Shown: positions 61,891-64,000 of the stretch, in pieces
How the letters are laid out: the number at the start of each line of letters is the position of its first letter
Position numbering within the stretch: the first letter of the stretch is position 1
NCBI GenBank assembly: GCA_963791295.1
Contig: CAWBRY010000001.1
Coordinates: forward strand, 1,271,039 to 1,335,038
Origin: an uncultured Sphingobacteriales bacterium
Lineage (GTDB): Bacteria > Bacteroidota > Bacteroidia > Chitinophagales > Chitinophagaceae
Reading direction: 5' to 3'
Length of the DNA: 64,000 nucleotides
Made by a program: the position numbers and the translations under genes
The notes under the pieces: model-generated
Told to the model about the DNA's origin: nothing
The model's database searches: none
Seen by the model: only the letters and a program-made list of their open reading frames with translations

Positions 61891-64000
61891 ATGCGAAGGG
61901 CAGGATGGATCTATATCGCGATTTTGAGTTTCTTGAGCGCATGCAGTAGTACGCGCAGAATTCCTGACGGGGATGCGCTATACACCGGAGCCAGCGTTGT
62001 TGTAGAAGATACAGCGCTTTCAGCTAAGACAAAGAAAGCGCTGCGAACCGATCTGTCAGCGCTAACAAGGCCCAAGCCCAACACCAAATTTCTTGGTATG
62101 CGGGTCCGGTTATTCTTCTATAATCTGGCGGGTAATCCCAAAAAGAAGCATTCGCCTGCCTCATTCATAAAAAATAAGCTAGGAGAGCCGCCAGTTTTAT
62201 TGAGTGACGTGAACCTGGAGCACAACCGTCAAGTGTTGCAAAGTCATTTAGAAAACCGCGGCTATTTTCAGGCAATCGTGGAAGCCGACACGGTTGTCAA
62301 AAATAAAAAGGCCTCTGCTACCTATACTGCGAGGCCGGCTGTTCAATACGCAATTAACGAGGTGATATTCGAACAGGATAGCTCGGTGTTACAGAAAAAT
62401 ATTTTCGCATCGTCCAGGGAATCTTTGTTGAAGCCCGGTGATCCATTTGACCTGGCTGCTATTAAAAATGAACGAATCCGCATAGATAATTACCTAAAGG
62501 AAAGAGGATTCTATTATTTTGATCCGGACTACCTGATCATCCAAACCGATAGCACCGTTGGCGAACACAAGGTCAATCTCTATGTAAAGGTGAAGCCGGC
62601 AACACCGCAGAATGAACGAAAGCTCTACACTATTAACGAAGTATTTATTTATCCCAACTATCGATTGAACGCAACCAACGCAGACACATCGAAGGAGAAT
62701 GCAGTCTACTACAAAAGGTATTACGTGGTTGACAAGCGAAAGGTATATAAACCGCAGTTGTTTGAACGTTCTATGCAATTTAATCCGGGTGATGTCTATA
62801 ATCGCACCGATCACGGTCAGACCATCAATCGGTTGGCCAGCCTGGGAGTGTTCAAATTTGTGAAGAACCGGTTCGAAAATGTGCCGGGCGTTGATTCTCC
62901 CAAGCTCAATGCATATTACTATTTAACGTCGCTTCCCCGAAAATCATTGAGGGCTGAAGTAAATGCGAGTACGAAATCAAACAATCTGACCGGCTCCTCT
63001 GTCACGGTCGGTTTCAAGAACCGAAATATGTTCAGAGGTGGCGAATTGTTTACGCTTGATTTTACCGGTGGATTTGAAGTCCAGATTAGCGGACAACTCA
63101 GGGGATATAATACCTTCCGCATCGGTGCTGAATCGAATTTATTTTTCCCAAAATTCCTGACGCCTGGATTTTCCTTTAATCCAAAGGGAAATTTTGTGCC
63201 GCGTACCAAACTATTGCTGGGGTATGATATATTGACCAAAGCAAAATTGTACACGATGAACTCATTTCGTGCTGGCTTCGGTTACACGTGGAGGCGAAAT
63301 ATTCGAATTGAGCATCAGTTTGATCCAATTGCAATCAATTATGTTCAGCCTATAGAAGTTACCCAGCAATACCTTGATAGTGCTGCAGGCAACCCCACGT
63401 TGCTGAAAGCAGTGGAAAAGCAATTTATTCTGGGATCCAGTTATAACTATAACTACGATCAACTGGCAGGGAATGCTCATATGAAAGGAATTTATTTTAA
63501 TGGAAACATCGATCTGTCGGGGAACATAGCAGGGATCCTGTCCGGTGCGAATGCAAAGTCGGGTAAGCCGGTAAATATCTTTGGTGCCCAATTTGCACAA
63601 TATGTCAGGCTCGAAGGCGATCTGAGATTTTATCGCCAAGTATCTAAGACAACGGTGTGGGCTAACCGCTTAATTGTCGGATTCGGATATCCATACGGTA
63701 ATTCGACCGAGTTGCCATTCATCAAGCAATTCTTTGTCGGAGGCACGAACAGCATCCGGGCATTCCGTAGCCGTTCACTTGGTCCCGGGACATATAAAGA
63801 TACCGTCCGTGCATTCTTACCGGACCAATCAGGCGACATTAAAGTGGAAGTGAATACTGAACTGAGAGCCAAGTTGTTTGCCATCGTCTATGGCGCTCTG
63901 TTTATCGACGCTGGCAATATCTGGTTATATAATAGAGATCCCTTACGGCCGGGAGGGCATTTTACAAAAGACTTCTTAAGCCAATTTGCAGTTGGTACAG
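61891..64000 (+). CDS. Omp85-family TamA/TamL-like outer-membrane protein with lipoprotein signal (partial, runs off the window)
   Basis: The ATG at 61891 is 1 nt after the tamB stop, and the frame is open to the window end (not in the ORF track because there is no stop). Lipobox ILSFLSAC. POTRA-like region. Barrel motifs: FFVGGTNSIRAFRSRSLGPG and GALFIDAGNIW. Confidence 0.85.
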   Translation, partial: MRRAGWIYIAILSFLSACSSTRRIPDGDALYTGASVVVEDTALSAKTKKALRTDLSALTRPKPNTKFLGMRVRLFFYNLAGNPKKKHSPASFIKNKLGEPPVLLSDVNLEHNRQVLQSHLENRGYFQAIVEADTVVKNKKASATYTARPAVQYAINEVIFEQDSSVLQKNIFASSRESLLKPGDPFDLAAIKNERIRIDNYLKERGFYYFDPDYLIIQTDSTVGEHKVNLYVKVKPATPQNERKLYTINEVFIYPNYRLNATNADTSKENAVYYKRYYVVDKRKVYKPQLFERSMQFNPGDVYNRTDHGQTINRLASLGVFKFVKNRFENVPGVDSPKLNAYYYLTSLPRKSLRAEVNASTKSNNLTGSSVTVGFKNRNMFRGGELFTLDFTGGFEVQISGQLRGYNTFRIGAESNLFFPKFLTPGFSFNPKGNFVPRTKLLLGYDILTKAKLYTMNSFRAGFGYTWRRNIRIEHQFDPIAINYVQPIEVTQQYLDSAAGNPTLLKAVEKQFILGSSYNYNYDQLAGNAHMKGIYFNGNIDLSGNIAGILSGANAKSGKPVNIFGAQFAQYVRLEGDLRFYRQVSKTTVWANRLIVGFGYPYGNSTELPFIKQFFVGGTNSIRAFRSRSLGPGTYKDTVRAFLPDQSGDIKVEVNTELRAKLFAIVYGALFIDAGNIWLYNRDPLRPGGHFTKDFLSQFAVGT

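Overview
This is a chromosomal window from a Bacteroidota genome, probably Chitinophagia- or Sphingobacteriia-like. The basis is two SusC/SusD pairs, an ECF-sigma/FecR/TonB-transducer unit, TAnnTTTG -7 boxes, the ParA-ParB-DUF5683-DapB block, and TamB next to a lipidated TamA-like Omp85. I found no rRNA, tRNA, CRISPR array, transposase or integrase. Content from left to right: an NYN/OST-HTH protein; a 1151-aa GH18-like/CE4 deacetylase/GT2 synthase fusion with two membrane-protein genes; an ECF sigma with an overlapping membrane/beta-barrel protein; ubiX; an alpha-oxoamine synthase; dapB-DUF5683-parB-parA; a metallophosphoesterase; OMP genes; lon; a minus-strand block (lipoprotein, UbiA prenyltransferase, M42 peptidase, SAM methyltransferase); a LuxE-like acyl-adenylate enzyme; a LytTR two-component pair; SusC/SusD pair 1; a complete suf cluster (sufBCDS-sufE-DUF59-bacilliredoxin-Rrf2); an arginine-deiminase/DDAH-fold enzyme with an APC antiporter; an AraC/MauE/Cys-rich-peptide module converging on a sigma/FecR/SusC/SusD/TlpA operon; an XRE regulator; an FAD-Rieske oxidoreductase; ppa; tamB; and a TamA/TamL-like gene that runs off the right edge. 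Two things stand out. (1) Roughly half the genes (about 11.7-38.0 kb, 46.3-50.1 kb and 52.4-53.0 kb) are split into adjacent ORF pieces in different frames, yet the protein sequence stays recognisable across every break. The breaks I could localise sit in homopolymers. I therefore treat them as 1-nt indels, probably sequencing or assembly error and alternatively very recent decay, and I annotate whole-gene spans as frameshifted. (2) The best candidate for an undescribed system is 41.4-46.3 kb. It holds an AraC regulator, 21-bp-spaced direct repeats, a MauE-like redox membrane protein, two paralogous signal-peptide-bearing Cys-rich mini-proteins followed by a strong hairpin, an N-anchored beta-rich orphan protein, and a convergent long TlpA-type thioredoxin. 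All functional calls come from motif recognition by eye; no database search was possible.
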